DNA of 64,000 nucleotides from a virus (Duplodnaviria; Heunggongvirae; Uroviricota; Caudoviricetes): IMG/VR virus record IMGVR_UViG_3300037067_007156, positions 301,519 to 365,518 of that record; one strand, 5' to 3'. Shown piece by piece: positions 50,821 to 59,891 of this stretch (position 1 is its first letter; each line of letters starts with the position of its first letter). The notes under the pieces were generated by a model. It saw only the letters and a program-made list of their open reading frames with translations, ran no database searches and was not told where the DNA came from. The position numbers and the translations under genes were made by a program.

Positions 50821-51005
50821 TTAACTCATCGTCTGTTCGAGTGTTATATATCCAACTATTCACTAATGTAGAATACATCTCTTTAAAAAGAGGTAGTTCC
50901 ATTATCTCGGTATTTTCTTCCTTTATTTGTTGTATTTTATCCGACATAGTAATATATTTTTTACAAATATAATTTAAAAATATAACTAAAAAAATTAACT
51001 ATGAA

Positions 51006-51866
51006 TTATGCCTTTAATTTAAAAATAAAAAATTCCTTTTCTTTTCTTATAGATTCGGTGAATTCTGGCATCTGTAACCAATATAAATCACCTCGTTTAT
51101 TCCTGTTCCAAATTGTATCTGAATCAATCAAAAGTTTTTCTTCCTGATAAGAAAACTCTTGACCTTCTAATTCTCTTTTCTCGACATTATGTTCAGATGT
51201 TTGCATGACAATAGAATGGTCAGTACAATATATTTTTAAATCACTTTTATAAGAAAGATATTGTAACCATACATCTGCTGGCATCCGAATTGGTATTGTA
51301 TTTTCCATTAAATATTCAGCAGCTTTTCTCCTTACTATGTAAGCGTGTGCACCCCACAATTTAAACGGTGCTGTTGCTATTTCTCGTTCATCAATGGGTT
51401 TATTTACCCAACTTTCATCTGTTTTTATTAAATGGTCAGTAATATGTTCACCGTTAATATGAGTTTTATTTTTACCCAAGAATAAAATATCCCAGTCTGA
51501 AGAAAATATTTCTTTTTTAATGCTTTCATAATATCTTGGTGCGTTAAAAATAGTATTTATTACAAAATCGTCTTCGAATATCAATGCCATTTCAACATCG
51601 TCCTGTATCATTTTCAAATATGCGTTGTAATGTGATAATGCACACCCATAGACACCCATAGAAAGATGATGACCATCTGGTGAGAAAAATTCTTCATTGA
51701 TAACTTTTTTTTCCAATAACTTTTTTAAATTTAAAGAATCACCATCTACACCTTTTATTATTTCAAATGTGAAATCATATTTCAATGATTGTAAAACACA
51801 TTCGTTCAGACGGTCTGCACGTTTTTCTAAATTTAAAAGATATATGTTATCTATTTCTTTGAACAT
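51006..51866 (-). CDS. glycosyltransferase family 25
   Basis: YLLNLEKRADR, GVDG, GCALSH, LIFEDD, GAHAYIV, PAD. Confidence 0.9.
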   Translation of the reverse strand: MFKEIDNIYLLNLEKRADRLNECVLQSLKYDFTFEIIKGVDGDSLNLKKLLEKKVINEEFFSPDGHHLSMGVYGCALSHYNAYLKMIQDDVEMALIFEDDFVINTIFNAPRYYESIKKEIFSSDWDILFLGKNKTHINGEHITDHLIKTDESWVNKPIDEREIATAPFKLWGAHAYIVRRKAAEYLMENTIPIRMPADVWLQYLSYKSDLKIYCTDHSIVMQTSEHNVEKRELEGQEFSYQEEKLLIDSDTIWNRNKRGDLYWLQMPEFTESIRKEKEFFIFKLKA

Positions 51867-51875
51867 GAAAACATT

Positions 51876-52158
51876 TTATTTAAATCCTAATTCAGACAGT
51901 ATACTATCTTGTGTAGGATTATTATATGAACGGTTATCGACCCAAGATTTAGCTATATTTTCCATATCGGATAAGGTTTTTAACAACAAACTATCTTCAA
52001 CTTCTTGTTTATTATAATAATTGGTAACACCCACATCATTTATAATAACATTATGCCATCTTTTACCGTTGGGCGACTTTTCAATTCTTGTATTTAATTC
52101 AACTTTAATGTTGAATTTATATCCACGATATTCAAATATTTTATTTATTTCGTTCATG
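51876..52158 (-). CDS. hypothetical protein
   Basis: ORF, probable start MNEINK. Confidence 0.6.
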
Positions 52159-52161
52159 TTC

Positions 52162-52914
52162 TTACTTATTTGATTTTTTCTTAGATTCATAAAAATATTT
52201 TATTTCCCATGAACCATCTTTATTTTCAACCAATGCACTTAAAGTTTCCACCCAGTCCCCACAATTCATATAGATTATGTCACCTATATTATAAATACCA
52301 GCTTTATGTGTGTGACCACATATAATACCATCACATTTTTTGTGGTGAGCAAATTTTATAGCTTTATTTTCAAATTTACTAATTATTTTAACCAGATTTT
52401 TTACTTTATTTTTGATATCTTGTGATATAGAATGATATGGTTTACCACTCTTCATTCTTTGTTTATTATACCATTTATTATAAGTTAATAATAAATTATA
52501 TCCAATATCACCTAATTTAGATAACCAGATAACTTTTGATGTTATGTCATCAAAAACATCACCGTGTAAAACCAAGAATTTTTTATCACCAGATTCTAAT
52601 ATTATTTCTTTTTTTATTTCGAAAGTACCAATATTAAAAGGTAATACTTCATCAAGAAAATCATCATGGTTTCCACGTATATATGTAACTTTTGTTTTGT
52701 TATGTGATACGAGTTTTAAAATAGTAGAGAAGAAATTTGTATATTTCTTTTTCCATTTGCCTCTTCTTTTTAAATTCCATGCATCGATAATATCACCGTT
52801 TAAAATTAATGTGTCACATTTATTATTTGTTAAAAATTTTATGACTTCATTAACTTTAGATTCTTTCATCCCCAAATGGACATCGGAAATTATAATTGTT
52901 TTGTATTTGCTCAT
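52162..52914 (-). CDS. LpxH-like metallophosphoesterase (UDP-2,3-diacylglucosamine hydrolase family)
   Basis: ISDVHLG, LNGDIID, RGNHD, HGD, CGHTH, NCGDWVE. Confidence 0.85.
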   Translation of the reverse strand: MSKYKTIIISDVHLGMKESKVNEVIKFLTNNKCDTLILNGDIIDAWNLKRRGKWKKKYTNFFSTILKLVSHNKTKVTYIRGNHDDFLDEVLPFNIGTFEIKKEIILESGDKKFLVLHGDVFDDITSKVIWLSKLGDIGYNLLLTYNKWYNKQRMKSGKPYHSISQDIKNKVKNLVKIISKFENKAIKFAHHKKCDGIICGHTHKAGIYNIGDIIYMNCGDWVETLSALVENKDGSWEIKYFYESKKKSNK

Positions 52915-53141
52915 TGTTTCTTAAATATCTTCGTATTAATTCTTACAAATGTGGCATCGTATGTGGGTTTAGAATATTTATCAATACCAGCATTCCAATC
53001 TTTAATCCAAACTTCATCGTCAACTATAATAATTTTTTCACCAATGTTAGAATTAATTGTTCTACCATTTTCTGAGAATGTTAACGGACTAACAAAATTC
53101 TCGATTATTTCATAAATCTCGAAATTTTTACTTTGTACCAT
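52911..53141 (-). CDS. hypothetical protein
   Basis: ORF within operon. Confidence 0.55.
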   Translation of the reverse strand: MVQSKNFEIYEIIENFVSPLTFSENGRTINSNIGEKIIIVDDEVWIKDWNAGIDKYSKPTYDATFVRINTKIFKKQ

Positions 53142-53385
53142 GTTTTAGATTTTTTATTGCAGTTATTAACTCATCACAAGCGTCATTGAATTCACCATCT
53201 TTTTCCCCAGATAATACGTGTCTCATTTTAAGTTCTATATTCCACATTATCTCACCACCTAATCTTCTTTTTAGTTCATTAAGAACTTTATTTGCGATAT
53301 TTTCACTATGAACACATCTACCATTAGCTTTTAATATTTCTAAGAGTTTAATAGTATCAATTTCTTTCAATTGGGTTGGAATCAT
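53128..53385 (-). CDS. hypothetical protein
   Basis: ORF within operon. Confidence 0.6.
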   Translation of the reverse strand: MIPTQLKEIDTIKLLEILKANGRCVHSENIANKVLNELKRRLGGEIMWNIELKMRHVLSGEKDGEFNDACDELITAIKNLKHGTK

Positions 53386-53388
53386 AGT

Positions 53389-54252
53389 TTAATAGTTACA
53401 ATTATCTTTTCTTAAATCAAAATGTGAACTATATCGGGTATATGATGTTGTAGAATCGGGTGTTATAACTTTATCTGATTGTGCCCAAAAATCTAAATCA
53501 TTGGCTAATTTTGTTACATACACCCTATTATTATCATTGTCAATAAGTGTTACCTTAGAATAATTATTTTTCTTTTCAACTTGTATGGTTAGAGTTGAAT
53601 CCCCGATGGAGAAAAATGCAGTATCAAGATTTACATATACAGAGTCATACATACCATAAACACCTATTATTTCAATAAAACCTTGCAAACTATCCACTTT
53701 ATTTATTAATTCACTATTAGTAACTATTAGGTTTTCTTTAGATGTTAAACATTCTGTATTACTTGTTGTTAATTGATTATTTACAACCTTTAACTGGTTA
53801 GCAAGTATTAAAGTTGAATTATAATCATTTGTCAATTTTATATTAGCTGTTGTTAATTCTGTATTAGTGGCTAATAAATTATTATAATTGTTTGTTAATT
53901 GTAAATTAGAGGCTGATAATTGGTCTTTTTCGGTTTCTAATTGAGTATTAGTCATCAAAAGTTCATTATTTCTTGTTGTTAATGAATTCACACTTGATGT
54001 TAGTTGTTGAGAAATTGATAATAAAGAATCAGACTTGTTGGTACAATTTAAAAGTTGTGTATTGTGTACAGAAGTAATACTATCAAGTTTTATTTCATAT
54101 GATGCAATAACACTATTTAGTTTGTCAACATCAGCTTTTTTTACACTATCAAGATATTCTTTTGTATATCCACATAAATCACAATCTTGACAATTACACG
54201 CAACCATTAACATAGATGTAGTAATAATTAAAAATAATTTTTTCGTTTTCAT
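53389..54252 (-). CDS. lipoprotein with long coiled coil
   Basis: Lipobox MVAC, Cys-rich CNCQDCDLC, heptad NxxL repeats. Confidence 0.7.
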   Translation of the reverse strand: MKTKKLFLIITTSMLMVACNCQDCDLCGYTKEYLDSVKKADVDKLNSVIASYEIKLDSITSVHNTQLLNCTNKSDSLLSISQQLTSSVNSLTTRNNELLMTNTQLETEKDQLSASNLQLTNNYNNLLATNTELTTANIKLTNDYNSTLILANQLKVVNNQLTTSNTECLTSKENLIVTNSELINKVDSLQGFIEIIGVYGMYDSVYVNLDTAFFSIGDSTLTIQVEKKNNYSKVTLIDNDNNRVYVTKLANDLDFWAQSDKVITPDSTTSYTRYSSHFDLRKDNCNY

Positions 54253-54263
54253 TTTGTTTTTAT

Positions 54264-54458
54264 TTATTTTAAATATAATTTATAATCATCATTTTCAAAT
54301 CCCCATAGAGTATGTTGAAGATTCCAATCTTCATTATGATTGCCAGTTTCTCTGTTAATATGAACCACGAGTTCATTATTAGGTTCATCAATAGATAAAA
54401 TAGTACACAATCCAACGAACCATTTAGACGTAAACATCAGTCCATTTGTAAGTTCCAT
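54264..54458 (-). CDS. hypothetical protein
   Basis: ORF; TAATTTTG upstream at 54489-54496. Confidence 0.6.
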   Translation of the reverse strand: MELTNGLMFTSKWFVGLCTILSIDEPNNELVVHINRETGNHNEDWNLQHTLWGFENDDYKLYLK

Positions 54459-54731
54459 ATTCTATATTTTTTTGTAAAAATGATACAACAAAATTAATAA
54501 AAATATTCCAATATTTAATTTAAAATTAAAAAATGTTCCAGTAAACATGGTAATAATATTCAACCAGAATAACAATAATATTACTAATATCCAGTGTGTA
54601 TCAAAAATTACCGAATGAAAATAATTTATTAAAGTTTTCATATATTAAAAATTAAAATATTATTCAAAGATATTTAATAATTTGATTATTTAATTATAGT
54701 ATAAAAAATATTTTTTGTTTATAAATAAAAA

Positions 54732-54753
54732 ACCCACACATTAAGTGTGGGTC
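54732..54753 (-). terminator. terminator hairpin
   Basis: ACCCACAC-ATTAA-GTGTGGGT with adjacent A-tract. Confidence 0.6.
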
Positions 54754-54841
54754 TATTTTAGTTTAGTGAAAACATTCACTTCGGCATTTGTTACATTGCT
54801 TAATGCAAGAGGCTTTACAAAAAGTTCCGAAACCATAAAGG

Positions 54842-55087
54842 TTAAACTATTTTCTTTACAATTACTAAAGAACCATCAGTGCGTTCATTATAAGCTACAA
54901 TAAATGTTTTTTCACCATTTGAAATTTTTGCCCATTTTAATATTTTTCTTAATTTAATAGGACATGTATTAAATTCTGAATGTTCGGGTGTATAATCTTC
55001 AATAATATCATAATATAACAAACTATTTATATCAGAACAGTCGCTTTTCTCATAAAATTCATTTGGAATCCAGCTTATTAATTTCAT
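54842..55087 (-). CDS. hypothetical protein
   Basis: ORF. Confidence 0.55.
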   Translation of the reverse strand: MKLISWIPNEFYEKSDCSDINSLLYYDIIEDYTPEHSEFNTCPIKLRKILKWAKISNGEKTFIVAYNERTDGSLVIVKKIV

Positions 55088-55117
55088 ATTATTTTTATTT
55101 TGAAATTATATATTATT

Positions 55118-55324
55118 TTACTCTATTGTGTTTTCTTTAGTTGGTTGAAATATAACACCACAATTATTACATGCCCTTAAATCAGATGTTTTCCAAGATG
55201 AACAACCATGTCCAAAAATCCCATTACTTTGATATGTGCTGATATCTTTTATATCTTCGCTTAAACAAAGTGGACATTTGTGTTTTGTTATTTTTTGTGT
55301 TTCGAAATCTGTGTACATATCCAT
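55118..55324 (-). CDS. small zinc-ribbon protein
   Basis: CPLC...CNNCG. Confidence 0.65.
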   Translation of the reverse strand: MDMYTDFETQKITKHKCPLCLSEDIKDISTYQSNGIFGHGCSSWKTSDLRACNNCGVIFQPTKENTIE

Positions 55325-55347
55325 AATAATATTTTTATTTTTGAATC

Positions 55348-55713
55348 TTAATCAATATCTAAATGATAGCTATTACATTTTGGACAACGAAGTGTTCCAT
55401 TTTTTCTGGCTGTTTCATATTCCTCATAAGTTTTATATACCATAGATTTTTTAACGTTTTTGTAACGTTTAAAACCATTTTTTATGAACCACCAAGAATG
55501 AACACGATTTGATTTTAGTCCTTTTTCTCTTGCCCAATAAGAATCCATTAAAATATATCTCGGTTTCCAATATTCAGCTATATCTTCCAACAATATTGAT
55601 AATGGATTGTATCCAAATGGCCTACTTTTCCAATTGTATATTTTTTTCCATTTTATTTCGTAATTCCAGAAATCATCCTGACTCCAATTACAATCAAAAC
55701 AATGTATAAACAT
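55348..55713 (-). CDS. zinc-binding hypothetical protein
   Basis: CFDCNWSQDDFW...CPKC. Confidence 0.65.
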   Translation of the reverse strand: MFIHCFDCNWSQDDFWNYEIKWKKIYNWKSRPFGYNPLSILLEDIAEYWKPRYILMDSYWAREKGLKSNRVHSWWFIKNGFKRYKNVKKSMVYKTYEEYETARKNGTLRCPKCNSYHLDID

Positions 55714-55838
55714 ATTAATTTATTATTTTTTAAACAGTTAATATTTATTATAAAAATATTTAATAAAAAAGTTTTATTTTTCAAACTATTTTTAAAAAAA
55801 TATAATATATAAATGAAAAAAATTAATAACATATATAA

Positions 55839-56999
55839 ATGACTAATAATTATGATTTATTTGGATTTACTAAGAATGAACAACTTGAAATTGATGAAAA
55901 AAATGACCCACCTTTACCCTCTTCAGAAAAAAGTCTTCAATTTAAAAATAAATATTTTCCAACAATAACAGATGACCAATGGAATGGTTGGCACTGGCAA
56001 ATAAAAAATAGTATAACAAATCTTGACCAATTATCAAACATATTTCCCGATATTAATATTAAAAATATTAGTGGACTTCCATTAAGAATAACCCCATATT
56101 ATTTAAGTTTGATTGACAATATAAATTCACCTATTGGACGTTGTGTTATACCATCCGAAAATGAATTGGTTATTAATGAAAATGAAGAAATAGATTCTTT
56201 AGATGAGGATAAATATAGAATTAATAATTGTATAATACATAAATATCCAGATAGAGTATTGTTTTTAACAACCGATTTTTGCTCTACATATTGCAAATAT
56301 TGTACTAGAAGTCGTATTATAAATAAAGGCGATAATATATATGTTAATAAAAAATCATGGGACGAGGGGATTAAATATATAAAAGAACACACAGAAGTAA
56401 GAGATGTATTATTATCTGGGGGTGATATTTTTACACTTTCTGATGAAAACATTGAATATTTATTATCATCAATTAGAGCAATAAAACATGTTGAACTATT
56501 ACGTTTAGGTACAAAAGTCCCAGTTGTGTTGCCACATCGCATAACAAAAAATCTTATAAACATTTTAAAAAAATATAAAGTATATGTAAATATACACTTC
56601 ACTCATCCTGATGAAATTACACCAGAAGTCGATTATGTATGTAACAAAATGGTTGATAATGGTATAGTTTTGGGTTCTCAGACTGTATTATTAAAAAACA
56701 TAAATGATGATATAGAAATAATGAAAAAATTAATGCATGAGTTAATTAAAATAAGAGTTAGACCATATTATATTTATATAGCAGATAGAGTAGTTGGAAC
56801 TTCTCATTTTCGGACAACATTAACAAAAGGTATTGAAATAATAAATGGTTTAAGGGGTCATACATCTGGGTTATGTGTACCAACTTTAATATTAGATACG
56901 AAATATGGTAAAATTGACATTTCTAATAATATTTTATCTGTGAAAGATGATGTATATGAATTAAAAACATATAATGGACAAACATTTTCTTATAAATAA
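55839..56999 (+). CDS. KamA/EpmB-family radical SAM lysine 2,3-aminomutase-like protein
   Basis: RITPYY, HKYPDR, CSTYCKYCTR, LLSGGD, HFTHP, QTVLLK, RPYY, SHFRT, GHTSG. Confidence 0.9.
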   Translation: MTNNYDLFGFTKNEQLEIDEKNDPPLPSSEKSLQFKNKYFPTITDDQWNGWHWQIKNSITNLDQLSNIFPDINIKNISGLPLRITPYYLSLIDNINSPIGRCVIPSENELVINENEEIDSLDEDKYRINNCIIHKYPDRVLFLTTDFCSTYCKYCTRSRIINKGDNIYVNKKSWDEGIKYIKEHTEVRDVLLSGGDIFTLSDENIEYLLSSIRAIKHVELLRLGTKVPVVLPHRITKNLINILKKYKVYVNIHFTHPDEITPEVDYVCNKMVDNGIVLGSQTVLLKNINDDIEIMKKLMHELIKIRVRPYYIYIADRVVGTSHFRTTLTKGIEIINGLRGHTSGLCVPTLILDTKYGKIDISNNILSVKDDVYELKTYNGQTFSYK

Positions 57000-57101
57000 A
57001 TTATAAATCAAGAAAAAATATGTAACACTGAAATAAATGTTTTATATTTGTTGTTGATTTGTAATTTATTGTTTGTTTACAAATACTTAAAAAATTATAA
57101 A

Positions 57102-57323
57102 ATGGGAACAAATGAATTAATGTCACTAACGAATAAAGCAAAAGAGTATAGAGTTGACGCTCAAAAATCATTAGAGTTAAATCGACACATGAACGAAATA
57201 GAAGAAGGCGAGCAAGTACAACAAAGAATAATTGACGCTGTATTAACTGATTTCATTAATTATATAGGCATGAAATCATGTATTGATTTTGGATTGTATA
57301 CCGAAGATTTGCGCAAACTGTAA
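57102..57323 (+). CDS. hypothetical protein
   Basis: Probable start MGTNEL; TATATTTG at 57043-57050. Confidence 0.6.
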   Translation: MGTNELMSLTNKAKEYRVDAQKSLELNRHMNEIEEGEQVQQRIIDAVLTDFINYIGMKSCIDFGLYTEDLRKL

Positions 57324-57410
57324 TTATGTAAACAATGCGCAAGTTGGACACTAACGACTGCGTGTAAGACCAGTAAAAGGATTACGAGAACAATTTTATC
57401 TAAATTTTTT

Positions 57411-58019
57411 ATGAAAATTTTAAAAGGAAAATTGAAATTTATCTCATTATTCGAACCAATAATGTTGGATGAAATAGATTTAAGAGAATATTATTTTAAG
57501 TTATTTGAAAAACTTAATGGTGAAAAATCTAAAATGGATTATTCTATGAATAGTATTGAAATTTCAGCCGATGAAAATTCGGATAAGGTTATTAAATACG
57601 AAAATGATAAAAATGATATTTTGATTCTATTAAACAATGCCGATGGAAGTTTTGGAATGTCAAACATTGGTGCTTATTTACCTGATATACTACAAAGATT
57701 AAATGGGATGAAAGTAATTGCAAGCATTACAGATAATAGCATTAAGATTACTAATGACCCAAAAGAAAAAGTGTTTGGAATTTATTACACAAGGAATAAC
57801 TGTTGCAAAATACCCAATGATAAGATAAATACAGTTTGCAAAATTGGGCAAGAGGATTGCTGTATTTTTATTTGTGCTGGTTCAGATGGATTTGAATGTT
57901 TAAAATTTGACAGTCCTTCTGCTCGAATGTTACTTGATAGATATTCTAAAAAAGACATGAGAGCCAGCAGGATTGGAAACTGTAAAATACTTGGTAGAAA
58001 TGAAATTGTAAATATGTAA
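57411..58019 (+). CDS. hypothetical protein with Cys-rich C-terminus
   Basis: CKIGQEDCCIF..GFECLK. Confidence 0.7.
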   Translation: MKILKGKLKFISLFEPIMLDEIDLREYYFKLFEKLNGEKSKMDYSMNSIEISADENSDKVIKYENDKNDILILLNNADGSFGMSNIGAYLPDILQRLNGMKVIASITDNSIKITNDPKEKVFGIYYTRNNCCKIPNDKINTVCKIGQEDCCIFICAGSDGFECLKFDSPSARMLLDRYSKKDMRASRIGNCKILGRNEIVNM

Positions 58020-58024
58020 TATTA

Positions 58025-58074
58025 ATGAACAACCCCTAAAACTAAAGATTTCGTGGTTTTCTTTCATAAAAAAT
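58025..58074 (-). mobile_element. 50-bp mini-element: fused left and right ends of the TnpB-type element
   Basis: Minus strand TTTAT|ATTTTTTATGAAAGAAAACCACGAAATCTTTAGTTT matches 32044-32084 with one mismatch, then TAGGGGTTGTTCAT resembles the right end. Confidence 0.75.
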
Positions 58075-58145
58075 ATAAAATAAACAATTGTAATATGAAA
58101 TATTACGAAATTTCTGACTAAAAACTGATACGTTTTTTCATAATT

Positions 58146-58463
58146 TTATTTTAGTTTCTTTTTAGAATAACCACTTTCAAAATCAAGAATACGAGAAGCT
58201 TCTTTAAATTTTTTAAGATTTTCACCTTTTAAATATTTATATAAATCAACATCTTCTACATCAGTCCCACCTATTGAACCCGATTTATCATTTTTATGTA
58301 ATTCGTCATTTAAATTTTTAAGTGCTTCGTGCCTCAATTCTTTCCATTCTTTTCTAATGTCGTTTATTTCAGATTTTGTAAGTGATTGAAATTTTTTATA
58401 ATATATATCATCTTCTTTAATTTCTTTTTTAGAATACGATTCGAAGGTTTTTAAATATTTCAT
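58146..58463 (-). CDS. hypothetical protein, putative virion internal protein
   Basis: N-terminus MKYLKTFES; late-like promoter. Confidence 0.65.
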   Translation of the reverse strand: MKYLKTFESYSKKEIKEDDIYYKKFQSLTKSEINDIRKEWKELRHEALKNLNDELHKNDKSGSIGGTDVEDVDLYKYLKGENLKKFKEASRILDFESGYSKKKLK

Positions 58464-58539
58464 TTGATGAATTGTTTTTATTTATATATTATTTTTCGCA
58501 CATGATATTTTATATATAAAGAAAACATAATTTTTTATT

Positions 58540-59391
58540 ATGATTAAGAATTATTTACAATTTTTGGTTGAGAATATACAAACAAGCGGCACAACTGGAC
58601 AAACACAGATTGACGAACCAGAAGTACAACCCCCTGCAAAAAGAGTTTCTGAAAAAGAAGAAGAAAAACTGGACAAATATAATGATATGATAGAATATAC
58701 TTATCTTAAAGAAGATATTAACTTGGATAAGATAAAAGAATTATGTCAAATTGCCCAAGAAAAAGGTTATTATTCTATTTGTATTTTACCTCATTATGTA
58801 TCAGAAGCTTATGCTTTTCTTGAAGAAGATGAAATTAAAATTTCAACTGTGGTTAATCACCCATCAGGTGAAAATAAATCAGAAAAAAATATAAAAGAAG
58901 CATTGGAGGTAATATCTGAAGGTGCTGAAATTATAAATTTTGTTATAGATTATAAGGTTTTAAAAGAAGCAAAAGTTTTAGAAAATATATTAAGTTCAAA
59001 TATTAAGAAAAATGAATTATCAAAAGAAGAAATTAAGGATGAACAAGATACAATTCAAAGTATGTATGATAAAATTGAACTTAAAATAACAGATGTTGCT
59101 GAAATTTGTACTAAAAATGGTGTTGTGCTAAGAGTTATTATAGAAGCTGGTGAACTTACAACAGATGAAATAAAAAAAGCATGTGAATTATGTGATGTTG
59201 GTGGTGCTGAATGTATAATGACTTCTACTGGTAATATGAAAGGTGTAGATTTAAGTAAAGTGAAATATATAAGAGAAATTTTACCAGAGCATATTAAAAT
59301 TATCCTAAGTGGTGGCATAAGAAATATATCACAAGTTGAAGAATACTATGACTATATAGATTTAATAGCTACCAGTACTGTTTTAAAATAA
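58540..59391 (+). CDS. deoxyribose-phosphate aldolase (DeoC)-like protein lacking catalytic lysines
   Basis: STVVNHPSG, GAEII, RVIIEAG, MTSTG, LSGGIR. Confidence 0.75.
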   Translation: MIKNYLQFLVENIQTSGTTGQTQIDEPEVQPPAKRVSEKEEEKLDKYNDMIEYTYLKEDINLDKIKELCQIAQEKGYYSICILPHYVSEAYAFLEEDEIKISTVVNHPSGENKSEKNIKEALEVISEGAEIINFVIDYKVLKEAKVLENILSSNIKKNELSKEEIKDEQDTIQSMYDKIELKITDVAEICTKNGVVLRVIIEAGELTTDEIKKACELCDVGGAECIMTSTGNMKGVDLSKVKYIREILPEHIKIILSGGIRNISQVEEYYDYIDLIATSTVLK

Positions 59392-59401
59392 AAGGTGAGT
59401 T

Positions 59402-59839
59402 ATGAAAAAAGTTAATAATTTTTTAAATTTTTTAAAAGAAGAAGTATCTGAAAAAATACATTTGTATTTTATTCATCCCAAATTAACATATGGTAGTCGA
59501 ACCGAAGAACAATCGGTTGAATTAATTAATATTTATTTTGATAATCCTATATTATATAATATACAGGGTCAAAGAAGTAATTTTTTTGATAATGTAGAAG
59601 AAATTAATAACATAGTAGTATTACCTTATCCAAATGGTATGGTATCACCAAAAACTTATAAAAGGATACAATTTGCTTTTGATAGGTTGATAAATATTTA
59701 TTATATTCATCCTCAAAAATTTAAAATAATTAAAGTTGAAGAAATAGAATTTTTTACAAATAAACTAATGACCCAAAATGATTGGGAAGAAAAAACAAAT
59801 AGTTCTGATGATTATTTCAAAGACGCTGAGATAGTATAA
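59402..59839 (+). CDS. hypothetical protein, putative virion internal protein
   Basis: N-terminus MKKVNNFLNFLKEE. Confidence 0.6.
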   Translation: MKKVNNFLNFLKEEVSEKIHLYFIHPKLTYGSRTEEQSVELINIYFDNPILYNIQGQRSNFFDNVEEINNIVVLPYPNGMVSPKTYKRIQFAFDRLINIYYIHPQKFKIIKVEEIEFFTNKLMTQNDWEEKTNSSDDYFKDAEIV

Positions 59840-59891
59840 TAATATAAAATTATTTTTTATATTTTATATATAATAAAAAAAAAATATTAAA

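Larger units (their letters stand above)
49229..50947 (-). pseudogene. tagged 57-aa gene split by the IscB element
   Basis: Joining 50821 to 49275 gives in-frame MSDKIQQ...RTDDEL|NERQIKIKNILNDDV*. Confidence 0.75.

Noticed and set aside
54770-54840. GC-richer intergenic stretches at 25800-25852, 54770-54840 and 57330-57400 as possible ncRNAs
   Set aside because: Only weak pairing visible and no family recognised.
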